The notes under the pieces: generated by a model | Seen by the model: the letters and a program-made list of their open reading frames with translations, nothing else | Databases searched by the model: none | Told to the model about the DNA's origin: nothing | Source: Sedimentisphaerales bacterium | Lineage (GTDB): Bacteria > Planctomycetota > Phycisphaerae > Sedimentisphaerales > Anaerobacaceae | Length of the DNA: 64,000 bases | Assembly: GCA_963708075.1 (NCBI GenBank) | Contig: OY970194.1 | Span: 928,001 to 992,000 of the forward strand | Reading direction: 5' to 3' | Part shown: one piece after another, positions 39,119 through 48,666 of the stretch | Position numbering within the stretch: the stretch's first letter is position 1 | Layout: the number at the start of each line of letters is the position of its first letter | Program-made: the position numbers and the translations under genes

Positions 39119-40440
39119 TCGCCATCCCCCTCATCGAAACGCTTGATGACCAGAGCGGCCGTTTGGCCTCCATGCGTGTAGCTGCAGCACAACGCATGTC
39201 TGATTCGACCCTGACGAGGCGCCGTAGCGATATTCAAGTCGCAGCCCTCCGCCGGCCCGGCAAAGTTCCTCGCCGCGGGGATCAAGCCCTCGGTGATTGC
39301 CTGTACTGCGGCGACCAGGTCCAACGCACCGGATGCAGCCCCGGTCGTGCTCAACATGCTCTTCGTCGGCCAGACCGGCACCCTTCGCACGGCCGGGCCA
39401 AGTGCGGCGGCAATCGCTCTCGCCTCCGCCCGGTCATCCTGCGGTACCCCCGTCCCGTGCGGAATTACCAGGTCAAGCTCTTCAGGCCCGATCCCGGCAT
39501 CCTCCATGGCCTTTTCCAAGGCGATTTGCAGCCCTTTGCCGTCCGGTTCGAGCCTCTCATACGCGGGGCTGATGCTGTGACTCTGGCCGACGCCGACCAG
39601 CTCGGCCAGAATTCTGGCGCCTCGCTTGCGGGCGTGCTCGAGCCTTTCGAGCACCACCATTCCCGCCCCTTCACCGAAGATCGAGCCCTGGGCATCCGCA
39701 TCAAACGGCCGGCATGCCGTCTCCGTCGCATCTTTGTGAGCCGCCATACGGTGGAGCAGGAATTGCCGAACGAGCAGCAGGGGGTGGACTTTTGTCTCGG
39801 CGGCACCGGCCAGGGCGATGTCGGCATCCCCACGCGCCACCACCTGGGCCGCCTCGCCGATCGCCAGGTGTGCCGATGCTTCAGCGCACGTGATCGAGTT
39901 GCTCGGCCCCTGGATGTCGTGGATGATGCTGATGTGACATGCGAGCATGTTGGGCAGGTACTTGAGCAGCCACAGCGGCGTGATCAGCTCGAGTCCCTGC
40001 TTGCCCCATTTGCCGATATCGAAGCGGCCGTCGGTCGTGCTGGCCCCCACGGCAGGCGCCAGTTCCGTCATGTCGCAACCGATCATGCCGGCGCCGATGT
40101 TGACCGCCACGCGGGTCGGATCGACATTGACATGCTCGGGATCGACTCCCTTTGTGACCAGGCCGCTGCTCGCAATCGCATCGCGTGCGGCGATTACGGC
40201 CAGCTCAATGTCCCGGCACATCAGCTTGGTCGCTTTGCGGTGCGTCTTGGGGACATAGTCTTGAATTCGGTACTCGGGGACCTCGCCCGCCAGCTCGCAG
40301 GGCAGGCCCGTCGGATCAAAGGCCGTGATCCGGGCGATCCCGCAACGACCGGCACACAGGCCCGCCCATGTCTCGCTCGCGCTCAAGCCCAGCGGGCTGA
40401 CCGCCCCAAGTCCAGTGACCACCACCCGCGCCGATTCCAT
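39115..40440 (-). CDS. Divergent FabF-like ketosynthase lacking the second catalytic His
   Basis: VVVTGLG, ITCAEAS and HGTG present; KSMLSTTG replaces KSxxGH. Confidence 0.85.
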   Translation of the reverse strand: MESARVVVTGLGAVSPLGLSASETWAGLCAGRCGIARITAFDPTGLPCELAGEVPEYRIQDYVPKTHRKATKLMCRDIELAVIAARDAIASSGLVTKGVDPEHVNVDPTRVAVNIGAGMIGCDMTELAPAVGASTTDGRFDIGKWGKQGLELITPLWLLKYLPNMLACHISIIHDIQGPSNSITCAEASAHLAIGEAAQVVARGDADIALAGAAETKVHPLLLVRQFLLHRMAAHKDATETACRPFDADAQGSIFGEGAGMVVLERLEHARKRGARILAELVGVGQSHSISPAYERLEPDGKGLQIALEKAMEDAGIGPEELDLVIPHGTGVPQDDRAEARAIAAALGPAVRRVPVWPTKSMLSTTGAASGALDLVAAVQAITEGLIPAARNFAGPAEGCDLNIATAPRQGRIRHALCCSYTHGGQTAALVIKRFDEGDGE

Positions 40441-40943
40441 CAGCCTGACTCCGTCCCTTGTTCGACCGGCTTGGCACGGTTCAGGGCAAGATCACGCAAC
40501 AGAGACGTGAAGGTGCCGGTGAACACGAAATTCTCCTCGGGAAACTTCTTGCCCGCAAGATTGCGATCCACGTGGCTGAACATCAAGTCGATCTCAGCAA
40601 TAAGCTCGCCCGCTCGTGTGATCTTGCCGCTCGTGCCGGCGGCCTCTGGGGAAATCGAGGTGATCTGGGCGTCGAGCCGCAGGCTGTCGCCCGGCCTGAC
40701 AAAGTCGAAGAAGACGGCCTTGCCGATCTTCGCAAGAATCACTTTCTCGCGGAAATTCATGGCCTCGCCGACGAGAATGCCGCTGGTCTGGGCCATGGCC
40801 TCGATCATAAGACATTCCGGCATGATCGGGAATCCGGGGAAGTGGTCATGGAGGTGTTCCTCCGCCATGGTCACATTCTTGATGGCCGCGGCGTGATGAC
40901 CGCTCTCAAACTCGACGAACTTGTCAATCCACATCCAACGCAT
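40440..40943 (-). CDS. fabZ: 3-hydroxyacyl-ACP dehydratase (FabZ-like)
   Basis: KNVT..E..L.DHFPG.PIMP...IEAMAQ. Confidence 0.88.
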   Translation of the reverse strand: MRWMWIDKFVEFESGHHAAAIKNVTMAEEHLHDHFPGFPIMPECLMIEAMAQTSGILVGEAMNFREKVILAKIGKAVFFDFVRPGDSLRLDAQITSISPEAAGTSGKITRAGELIAEIDLMFSHVDRNLAGKKFPEENFVFTGTFTSLLRDLALNRAKPVEQGTESG

Positions 40944-41020
40944 ACGGGCTCACGTCAAACAAGCGGCAGCTCGAACATGCCCAGGCTTGCTGTTGATTCG
41001 CTACGGCTGCTCCCCATCGA

Positions 41021-41416
41021 TCAGGCGGCGTTCAGCTTGCCGTCAAGATAGGTCACGATGGCGTTGACTGTGAACAAGTCCGCCAGCTTGCTGAGGTCGG
41101 GGTTCTTCTCGAACTCGGTCAGATCGGTATGGGACACCCGCTGGCGAAGCTCCGCCAACCCCTTGGCGGTCAGTTTCCCGTTGCTGACCAGCTCCGGGTT
41201 GTTCAGCAGGCTTTCCGCCGGGAAGAGCTCCTCTCGCGGGACCTTGATCCCGAACGCCTTCTCAAGCCGAAAAACGATATCCAGGAAGTCGATGCTCTCG
41301 GCGCCGAGGTCGCCCATCAGCGTCGCGTCAGGCGTCACCTCATCGTCATCGACCCCCAGCGCGTCCACGAGGACCCCCTGAACCTTCTGAAATATCTCGT
41401 CCCGATCCATGCCCAT
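41021..41416 (-). CDS. Acyl carrier protein, long form
   Basis: DLGAESIDFLDIVFRLEKAFGIK; about 45-aa insertion before FTV. Confidence 0.9.
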   Translation of the reverse strand: MGMDRDEIFQKVQGVLVDALGVDDDEVTPDATLMGDLGAESIDFLDIVFRLEKAFGIKVPREELFPAESLLNNPELVSNGKLTAKGLAELRQRVSHTDLTEFEKNPDLSKLADLFTVNAIVTYLDGKLNAA

Positions 41417-41461
41417 GGTTCCTGATACCTCCGGTACCTGTAATCTCCTGAAAGTCCCTTT

Positions 41462-41947
41462 TCAACCGTTGTTCAAACTCTGCTGAGAAAGCAGGTTATA
41501 CCGACACTTCATCTGCTCGATGACCTGGCTGTCCACCGTTGCCAGGGCGGGATTCCGGTCGGCCAGATTGAAATGTCTCAACCCGATCCGGGCCTCGACA
41601 ATCTCCTGCCCCTCGGACACGCCGCGTCCCAGGAAGCTGCTGACGTTCTCTTCGATCGTCTTGGCCTCCACCGTGTACTCGATCTGCGACCCGGGGGCCA
41701 GGAAGCTCTTGTACTTCACGTTTCGCGCCTGCTCGAGCAGCACCATGCTGCAGGAGAAATCCTGCGTCGTGCGCACGAGCCAGCTCGCCGACTCCACCAA
41801 TCCTTCCAGCATCAGAACGCCGGGCAGGACCGGGAACGTCGGGAAATGATCGGCCAGATACTCCTCTGCCAGCGAAACGCTCTTGACGGCAGTGAGCTTC
41901 TTGCCTTTCTCCAGCGACACGATTTTATCGATCAGCACGAATTTCAT
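41462..41947 (-). CDS. Second FabZ-like dehydratase
   Basis: MKFVLIDKI start; EEYLADHFPTFPVLPGVLMLE. Confidence 0.88.
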   Translation of the reverse strand: MKFVLIDKIVSLEKGKKLTAVKSVSLAEEYLADHFPTFPVLPGVLMLEGLVESASWLVRTTQDFSCSMVLLEQARNVKYKSFLAPGSQIEYTVEAKTIEENVSSFLGRGVSEGQEIVEARIGLRHFNLADRNPALATVDSQVIEQMKCRYNLLSQQSLNNG

Positions 41948-42459
41948 AGGTCGATCATCCAGCCACACGGCCGAACTCGTGGTATTGTAGTGGGGCCCCG
42001 CGGCTTTGCCACTCTTTTTTGGGTTTTTTGCGCTGGGGGGTGTCCGTGCAGGTCCTTGGACGCTGTACCACCCGACTACCAGACCGTTTTCACAGACATG
42101 CGTCGGGTGTGTGCGACTGTGCTCCACCCATGGGCATCAACGACCGTGAGAAGCCGCGCGCAGCGTCAGGTCGGCAAGGAGAGTGCTTTCAATGATGTGA
42201 GAAGTAGTCGGCCGGGAGGCACCGCCTAGCGGCCGCAAGTCGGTGAGGCGAGGCGTTTCTGTTCCTCGCTTGATTGGTCGACCTTGGCTATGATCTGTCT
42301 CGTCTTCCAGTGCCCAAGAAGGGCGCCAACCAGCAACAGCAGGACTAAGGCTATCTCTTCCACTTGCGGTATTTGTCCCATGATGCGTCTCCATGATGTT
42401 CCGGGCCGGAGCCTGCCTTCACAAAGGCGGGGATGCCCATGCGGTGATGGATCTCGTTC

Positions 42460-43251
42460 TCAGGATTCCTCGGGCGTCCGGCCACGGGTCCTCTTGCCTG
42501 GACTGCGACCGGTCTTGACGGGGATGGCCGTGGATTGCGGAGGCATGCCGAGGAGCAGGGTGTTGCCGGAGGAAGCGCCGACGGCCTGCAGGAGGCGAAG
42601 CTGCATCAGGCTCGGATTGGATTCCACCATTTGGGCGGCATTGGCCAGGTTGCGCAGGGCCGCCGTCTCGCCCCGGGCCTTCTCCAGGGCGGCCAGGCCC
42701 TCCTTGCGGGCGCTGACGACCTGGGCAAACATCTCCTTGAGCTTGCCGGGGAACATGATGTCCTTGATGCTCACGGCGATCAGCCGCAGCCCAAGCTCCC
42801 GGGCCCGGGCCTCGGTCATCTCCAGGAGTTTCTTGGAGATGCTGTCCCTTGTGGCCAGCAGAGAGTCGATGTCGGCGGCGCCGATGATCTGCCGCAGGGC
42901 GAGTTGCAGCTCGGTGTACAGAGTCTCCTGGTAGTCCTGGACCTTGTTGATGGCGGTCTCAGGGTCTGCGACCTCGTAGTTGGCGGCGAGGCTCACTTTC
43001 AATGTCACGCCGTCGGAACTGAGGACCTCCTGTCCGGCGATGGGCACGAATCGCGGCCGCACATCCACCTTGCGGACCGCCGTGAACCACGGCAAGTACC
43101 AGTACTGGCCCGGCGGCACAACGGCGTTGAACCGGCCCCGGACGTACTTCAGGCACCGCTCGAACTCATACACTGTCACCCGCCGCACTCCGTACTTCAC
43201 GACGATGACGGCGGTGCCTGCCACCACGATTGCCGCAATCACATACTCCAT
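42460..43251 (-). CDS. SPFH/band-7 (slipin-like) protein
   Basis: N-terminal TM helix; GQEVLSSD.VTLKV, IKDIMFPG and ARGETAALRNLANAA. Confidence 0.88.
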   Translation of the reverse strand: MEYVIAAIVVAGTAVIVVKYGVRRVTVYEFERCLKYVRGRFNAVVPPGQYWYLPWFTAVRKVDVRPRFVPIAGQEVLSSDGVTLKVSLAANYEVADPETAINKVQDYQETLYTELQLALRQIIGAADIDSLLATRDSISKKLLEMTEARARELGLRLIAVSIKDIMFPGKLKEMFAQVVSARKEGLAALEKARGETAALRNLANAAQMVESNPSLMQLRLLQAVGASSGNTLLLGMPPQSTAIPVKTGRSPGKRTRGRTPEES

Positions 43252-43271
43252 TCGAGACCTCGCAATAATGT

Positions 43272-43452
43272 CCCGTCTCAAAGAACCCCGGGCGGACGGC
43301 GGAGGTCTGAGCCTGCATGGCCACCGACCCGGTGCGATGACGCCGGTCCTTTGAGACGGAACGGCTGGGAGTTGAACCCATGTGCTCGCGCACACCAAAG
43401 GGAGCTTGCTACGTGCGGAACCAGAGCGACGATGCCGCCTCGGCCGCTTCGG
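43272..43452 (-). ncRNA. Candidate tRNA-like structured RNA upstream of the SPFH gene
   Basis: T-arm-like TGGG-TTCAACT-CCCA, variable-arm-like hairpin, imperfect acceptor-like stem, then an 11-bp stem CCGTCTCAAAG/CTTTGAGACGG; no anticodon arm identified. Confidence 0.35.
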
Positions 43453-43652
43453 ACCCCTGGACAAAATATACGGAATCACTGGCCGGATGCAAATGGATGG
43501 AGCGCCGGCCGCCGTGCCGTCATCCTTTATCGGGCTAAGCAATCGGTCTTGGCCGATTAGGCACAAAACCGATTGGGTGAGTGCAGGCGATGCCGTACAC
43601 CTGTTTCTACATGGATTTTTGTGTGGATTCACTCTCCAGGAAAGGAAGTGTT

Positions 43653-44879
43653 ATGGCTTTTAACCCATTGAAGGAAAAAGGAATCCCGATTGAGAAGCAG
43701 GTGAAGAACTGGGACGAGTTGAATGTCGAGCCCTACGACAAGAACGAGGTGCACCCGTATACGCGGACCCGGATCATCCTGATGAACGGCATCGAGGTGG
43801 AAGCGGCGATGTTCGGCCATCAGTTCACCCGCCACACGGATGACTACGCACTGAAGCAGAGGCTGGCCCTGACTCGCCGGATCGAGCAGCAGCAGCAGAA
43901 ACTGGTGAACTGGCTCATCCCCGCCGACGAGTCCACCCTGGAAGTGACGATCGGTTACGAGCAGGTGGCGGTGGATCTGACGGCGTGGCTGGCCCGCACC
44001 GAGCCGGACCGCAACGTCAAGAGCGCGCTTGATTTCGCCCTGATCGAGGACTTCGACCACCTGTACCGCTACTCCAACCTGATGGGGATGATGGACGGCA
44101 AGGACCCGGCCCGCGTCGTCGGCGAGTTGACGGAGATTTTCCCCGGCCGGCCGACCGTCGCCGAGCATCGTCACCCGTTCGACTCCATCCGCAACCACTA
44201 CAACAAGGACAAGGCGGACATCCTGACCAAGCTGCACGTCCTGACGATTGTCGCCGGTGAGCAGCAGACGATGAACTTCTACATGAACGTCGGCAATCGC
44301 TTCGACACGGCCGTAGCGCGAGGCCTGTACCAGGAGATTGCCCAGATCGAGGAGCAGCATGTCTCGCACTACGAGTCACTGGCCGACCCGCGGGAAACTT
44401 GGTTCGAGCGGCTCCTGTTGCACGAGTACAACGAGTGCTATCTCTACTACTCCTATACGCTGGACGAGCCGGATACGCGGATTCTGAAATTCTGGCAGGA
44501 TCAGCTCGCCTGTGAGATCGAGCATCTGCACATCGCGGCCGAGCTACTCCAGCAGTATGAGGGGCGGGATGCCGAAAGCCTCCTGCCGTCACGGCTCCCA
44601 ACCTTGACCAAGTTCGTCTCGAACAAGGACTATGTGCGGGACATTATCGCCTCGCAGATCGACCTGACGGCCGACGGCAACATGTACAGGCCGGTGAGCG
44701 ATCTGCCCAGTTCGGCCAACTACTTTACCTGGCAGCAGCGAGTCAACGTGGACGGTTCGGCTCCCAGCCAACGGGTCATCGACCAGCATATCGACCGCTA
44801 CGGCCGGGATTACCGGCTCGAAACGGAAGGGCCCCATCCCATCGATGAGCTGCGCGCCCGCGAGATGGCCAAAGCCTGA
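43653..44879 (+). CDS. Ferritin-like superfamily protein (probable duplicated di-metal fold)
   Basis: AAAGGA ribosome-binding site; EDFDH, EEQH and EIEH (ExxH-type) motifs. Confidence 0.75.
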   Translation: MAFNPLKEKGIPIEKQVKNWDELNVEPYDKNEVHPYTRTRIILMNGIEVEAAMFGHQFTRHTDDYALKQRLALTRRIEQQQQKLVNWLIPADESTLEVTIGYEQVAVDLTAWLARTEPDRNVKSALDFALIEDFDHLYRYSNLMGMMDGKDPARVVGELTEIFPGRPTVAEHRHPFDSIRNHYNKDKADILTKLHVLTIVAGEQQTMNFYMNVGNRFDTAVARGLYQEIAQIEEQHVSHYESLADPRETWFERLLLHEYNECYLYYSYTLDEPDTRILKFWQDQLACEIEHLHIAAELLQQYEGRDAESLLPSRLPTLTKFVSNKDYVRDIIASQIDLTADGNMYRPVSDLPSSANYFTWQQRVNVDGSAPSQRVIDQHIDRYGRDYRLETEGPHPIDELRAREMAKA

Positions 44880-44917
44880 TCGCCCGACCCAACTTCTGCG
44901 GACCAGAAGAAGCCATT

Positions 44918-45004
44918 GGGTGGCAGCGTCAAGGCCGAAGGCCTTGGCGATGGTTGCATGCATCCCAAAAGGCCATCGCCAAGCTGCGCTTGACGCTGCC
45001 ACCC
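44918..45004. repeat. REP-like family A variant, full copy
   Basis: GGGTGGCAGCGTCAAG...CTTGACGCTGCCACCC; its 3' half matches the unit repeated at 13583-13966. Confidence 0.85.
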
Positions 45005-45085
45005 GGCACGCTTGGCGTCAGTTGAGATCGGTGGGCCCCGGCCTCCGGCAGGAAAGATAAATGTGCCTTGCGTGCACATTCTGCC

Positions 45086-46308
45086 CAGGGCTATCGCATC
45101 TAAATGCCAAGGACCTTAAGCAGGTAGTCTTGGTCCCAGCCGGCTCGGAGGCGTTTGGCGGCGATGCCGCCCTTGGCCGTCTTCTCCTGCTTGAGCAGCA
45201 TCAGGGCGATTCGACGCAATCGCGAGAAGTTCTCGGCGGCGTTGGCCACTCGGACTCGACTGGCGTCCTCATGGAAACTCACGTCCAGCGACCAGTGCAA
45301 CTGGACCTCCACGGACCAGTGATGGCGAATCAATGTCCCCAGACGCTGGGCACAGTGTCCCGGATGGGAGCTGATGAAGTAGTGTCGCTTTCGTTCGCAC
45401 TGGCCGTTGACCTGACGCTCTCGCTCGATGGCCGTGAGGCTGCCCAGACCCGGCCAGTCGTGACGCCCTTGCAGCCATCCCACATCGCTGGTAGTCCACA
45501 CCCGGCGGGTTTCCAGTCGTCCATGGCCTTTTTCCACGGTTTCCCAGAAGTCCTGCTCGCCGGCAAACCCGTGGGCGATGCCGTCCTCCATGTACATCCG
45601 GGCATCCTCGTACAGAGTCCCTTGGTTAGCCTTGAGGGCCAGCACATAGTCGCCGCCCTGATCGACGATCTGCTCGGCGATCTCCTTTTGACAACCCATG
45701 GCGTCAATCGTGATGGTTGCCTCCTCCACGTCGAGCAGCTTGAGCAACTCCGGGATCGCGGTGATCTCATTGCTCTTGGCATCGACCGCCCGTTGGCCGA
45801 AAGCCACGCAGTTCTCGTGGACCCAGGCACTGACCATGTGCAACGGGCCTTTGGCACGGACCCGATCAAAGCTGTTTCGCAGGGTCTTGCCGTCGATGGC
45901 GATGTGCTTGCCCCGGCTGCTGCCGGCCAGATCCGCCACAAACGCCTGCATGACCGCTTCAAACGCATCCGGGTCCAGGGCGGCAAAGACCCGACCAAAG
46001 GTATCATGCGATGGAATGCCATTGGGCAGGTCCAGAAACGTGCCAAACCATTCCTCGTTGACGTTGCCGAACATCTCTACGTCCGTCCAGTGCTCAGCCC
46101 CGCAGATCACGGCACAGACGCCAATGACCAGAATATCCTGTAATTCATGCCGTTTCGTCCGCTCCACGCGAGGATCAGGAACCGCGGCAAAATGATCCCA
46201 AATCGATTTCTTCATCAAAAACGTATTCCTCTCTACTTGAAGTGTCTTGCTTCTGAGAAGAATACGAAACCATGCCTGCAAAGGCTCAATTTAGATGCGA
46301 TAGCCCTA
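45086..46308 (-). mobile_element. Complete ISAs1-family insertion sequence
   Basis: IRs (C)AGGGCTATCGCATCTAAAT / ATTTAGATGCGATAGCCCT(A); perfect 10-bp target duplication ACATTCTGCC at 45076-45085 and 46309-46318. Confidence 0.95.
45100..46215 (-). CDS. ISAs1-family DDE transposase
   Basis: [41 protein letters not shown] and HWSVE..LHW.LDV.F.ED. Confidence 0.95.
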   Translation of the reverse strand: MKKSIWDHFAAVPDPRVERTKRHELQDILVIGVCAVICGAEHWTDVEMFGNVNEEWFGTFLDLPNGIPSHDTFGRVFAALDPDAFEAVMQAFVADLAGSSRGKHIAIDGKTLRNSFDRVRAKGPLHMVSAWVHENCVAFGQRAVDAKSNEITAIPELLKLLDVEEATITIDAMGCQKEIAEQIVDQGGDYVLALKANQGTLYEDARMYMEDGIAHGFAGEQDFWETVEKGHGRLETRRVWTTSDVGWLQGRHDWPGLGSLTAIERERQVNGQCERKRHYFISSHPGHCAQRLGTLIRHHWSVEVQLHWSLDVSFHEDASRVRVANAAENFSRLRRIALMLLKQEKTAKGGIAAKRLRAGWDQDYLLKVLGI

Positions 46309-46327
46309 ACATTCTGCCAGTTTCATC

Positions 46328-46355
46328 TTGCAAAGGCAGTCTAAGCCACTATAAT
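46328..46355 (+). promoter_or_regulatory. Probable ffh promoter
   Basis: TTGCAA-16 nt-TATAAT. Confidence 0.55.
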
Positions 46356-46429
46356 GAACCAGCCATGGGTGTACCGTCGTATATTCTGCGCGGATTACCC
46401 TATTTGCTCAGCGTGCTGAGAGGATTTCA

Positions 46430-47862
46430 GTGTTTGAGTCTTTGACGGAAAAATTCAACTCAGTTTTCCGGTCGCTGTCCGGCCGGGGGCGAATCACCGA
46501 GGCGAACGTTTCGGACGCCATGCACGACGTGCGCAAGGCGCTGCTGGAGGCCGACGTCAACTACAACGTCGTCAAGCAGTTCTGCAAAGACGTGCGCGAC
46601 GCCGCCCTTGGGGCCGAGGTGATCAAAAGCCTGCACCCGGGCCAGATGATGATCAAGATCGTCAACGACGAGTTGGTCAAGCTGATGGGCCCGGTGGACA
46701 CGCGGGTGTACTTCGTCTCGCCCGGCCCGACGATCATCCTGCTGGCCGGTCTGCAGGGCTGCGGCAAGACGACTACCGCCGCCAAGCTCGGCAAGTACCT
46801 CGTGTCCAAGGGCCGCCATCCGGTACTGGTCGCCGACGACCTGCAGCGACCTGCCGCCATCGAGCAGTTGAAGATCCTTGGCGAGCAGACGGGCATCCCG
46901 GTGTACGGCGATGAGACCACCAAGGACGCCGTCAAGGTGGCGAAGGACGGGGTCAAGTACGCGAAGGAGCACGGCCAGGACGTGGTCGTGATCGATACCG
47001 CCGGCCGGCTGCATATCGACGAGGAGATGATGGCCCAGGTGGCCGATGTCGCCAAGGCGGTCATGCCGCACCAGATCTACCTGGTTTGTGACGCCATGAC
47101 CGGCCAGGACGCCGTCAACTCCGCCAAGGAGTTCAACGAGCGCCTCGAGCTCGACGGCATCATCCTCACCAAGCTCGACGGCGACGCCCGTGGCGGCGCC
47201 GCCCTGAGCGTCAAGGCCGTCACCGGCAAGCCCATCAAGTTCATCGGCGTCGGCGAGAAGCTCGACAAGCTCGATGAATTTCACCCCGACCGCATGGCCT
47301 CGCGAATCCTCGGCATGGGCGACGTCGTGACGCTCGTCGAGAGGGCCCAGGAGCAGTTCGACCAGGAAGAGGCCGTCAAGCTGCAACAGAAGATGGCTAA
47401 GGGCAGCTTTGGCTTCGATGACTTCCTCAAGCAGATGCAGGCGGTCAAGAAGATGGGCGGGCTCAAGGACGTGCTCAAGCTCGTGCCCGGCATCGGCAGC
47501 CAGATCCCCGACGCCGACCTCGACGGCCAGGAGCTCAAGCAGATGGAGGCCATCGTGTACTCGATGACCCTGAAGGAGCGGCGAGATCCCGACCTGATCG
47601 ATTCCTCCCGTCGGCGGCGCATCGCCACGGGCGCCGGGCGCAGCCCAATGATGTCTCCAGCCTGGTCAAGACGTTCAAGCGCAGCCGGGACATGATGAAG
47701 GCCATCAGCGGCGGCAGCTTCGGCGGGCTCAAGTCCCTCTTCTCCGGCGGCTTCAACATGGACGCGATGAACGCCGCCATGACCCGGGGCCGAAAGATCA
47801 AGCAGCGATCCAAGCGCAAGCGCGTCATCAAACGCCATGGCAAGATCAAGAAGAGGCAATAA
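46430..47862 (+). CDS. ffh: Signal recognition particle protein; apparent 1-nt deletion near 47638
   Basis: GLQGCGKTT, DTAGR, TKLDGDARGG and SRRRRIA; shifted frame continues QPNDVSSLVKTF to TAA at 47860-47862. Confidence 0.95.
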
Positions 47863-48023
47863 TGGAAGATGCATCTGACGACGCGGGAGGGCCAGAAAAG
47901 CGGACCACAGAGCTGGCAGGTTTGGAGCGTCGCATCGCCATGCACCCGCGGACGGCCGGGGTTTGCGTGTCATTTCTCGTGCCCCAGAATGGTTTTCACC
48001 GACCCAGAGTCACCAGAGCCGGG

Positions 48024-48374
48024 ATGGCTATGAACATGGATGAGCAAGCCTTGACGACAAAAGGAAAAATATCTGTTGAAGAGTATCTGGAAGAAGTTGC
48101 CCTGTTCTGCAACAGTGAGTATGGTAGTAACGTTCGCGGCCGGTTCCAGGACTTACGAGGGACGAGCGAACTGGCCATGCTGGCGGCCCCGACGTCGCGG
48201 GAGCTGGAGGAGTTGCGGCGGGCCGTCGCCATTATGACGCCAAGTGAGAAGAACGCCGCCGACCGGCTCTCGGATGAACAGATCGAGAAGATTGCCGTAG
48301 ATGCACGAATCGATCCGGCCAACTTCGCGATCTTCATGAACGGATATGCACTACTGTGTAAACGTGTTTCGTGA
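48024..48374 (+). CDS. Stand-alone SRP54/Ffh M-domain-like protein
   Basis: Colinear similarity, by eye, to the M domain of the adjacent Ffh; start could be 48024, 48030 or 48036. Confidence 0.65.
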   Translation: MAMNMDEQALTTKGKISVEEYLEEVALFCNSEYGSNVRGRFQDLRGTSELAMLAAPTSRELEELRRAVAIMTPSEKNAADRLSDEQIEKIAVDARIDPANFAIFMNGYALLCKRVS

Positions 48375-48386
48375 TCCGTAATAGAC

Positions 48387-48622
48387 GTGGAGTTCTGCAA
48401 AATGGAAGTTAGGCTTGCTTTAGGAAGGAAAAATCGTCTTTTTGATTTTTCCTTCCTAAAGCGAACAGAAAGGTGTGCGGTGCACATTCTGCATAGATTA
48501 TTCGACGCGTTTGAGAGCATGCAGGCTGTGCAATGCATACGACAAGGCCGATTATTCAAGGAAACCGCAAAGCTGATTTCCTTGAATAATATAAGCCTAA
48601 CTTCCATTTTGCAGAACTCCAC
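48387..48622. mobile_element. MITE-like element, copy 2 (236 bp)
   Basis: Perfect 30-bp terminal IR GTGGAGTTCTGCAAAATGGAAGTTAGGCTT; same internal hairpin as 16269. Confidence 0.8.
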
Positions 48623-48666
48623 CCCGATCACGAGTATTCATCATACGCATTGAAGAAAGGAACGAA

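Noticed and set aside
42150..42190. SRP RNA (TCAGGTCGGCAAGGA resembles the domain IV motif)
   Set aside because: The tetraloop stem is mismatched, the conserved AGCAG is absent and no long closing helix is visible.
43355..43452. Functional tRNA gene (Sec, Leu or Ser type)
   Set aside because: No recognisable D arm, anticodon arm or CCA; kept only as a tRNA-like candidate.
46430..47862. ffh pseudogene or programmed frameshift
   Set aside because: Essential gene with intact sequence in both frames and no slippery heptamer; the same error type recurs elsewhere.
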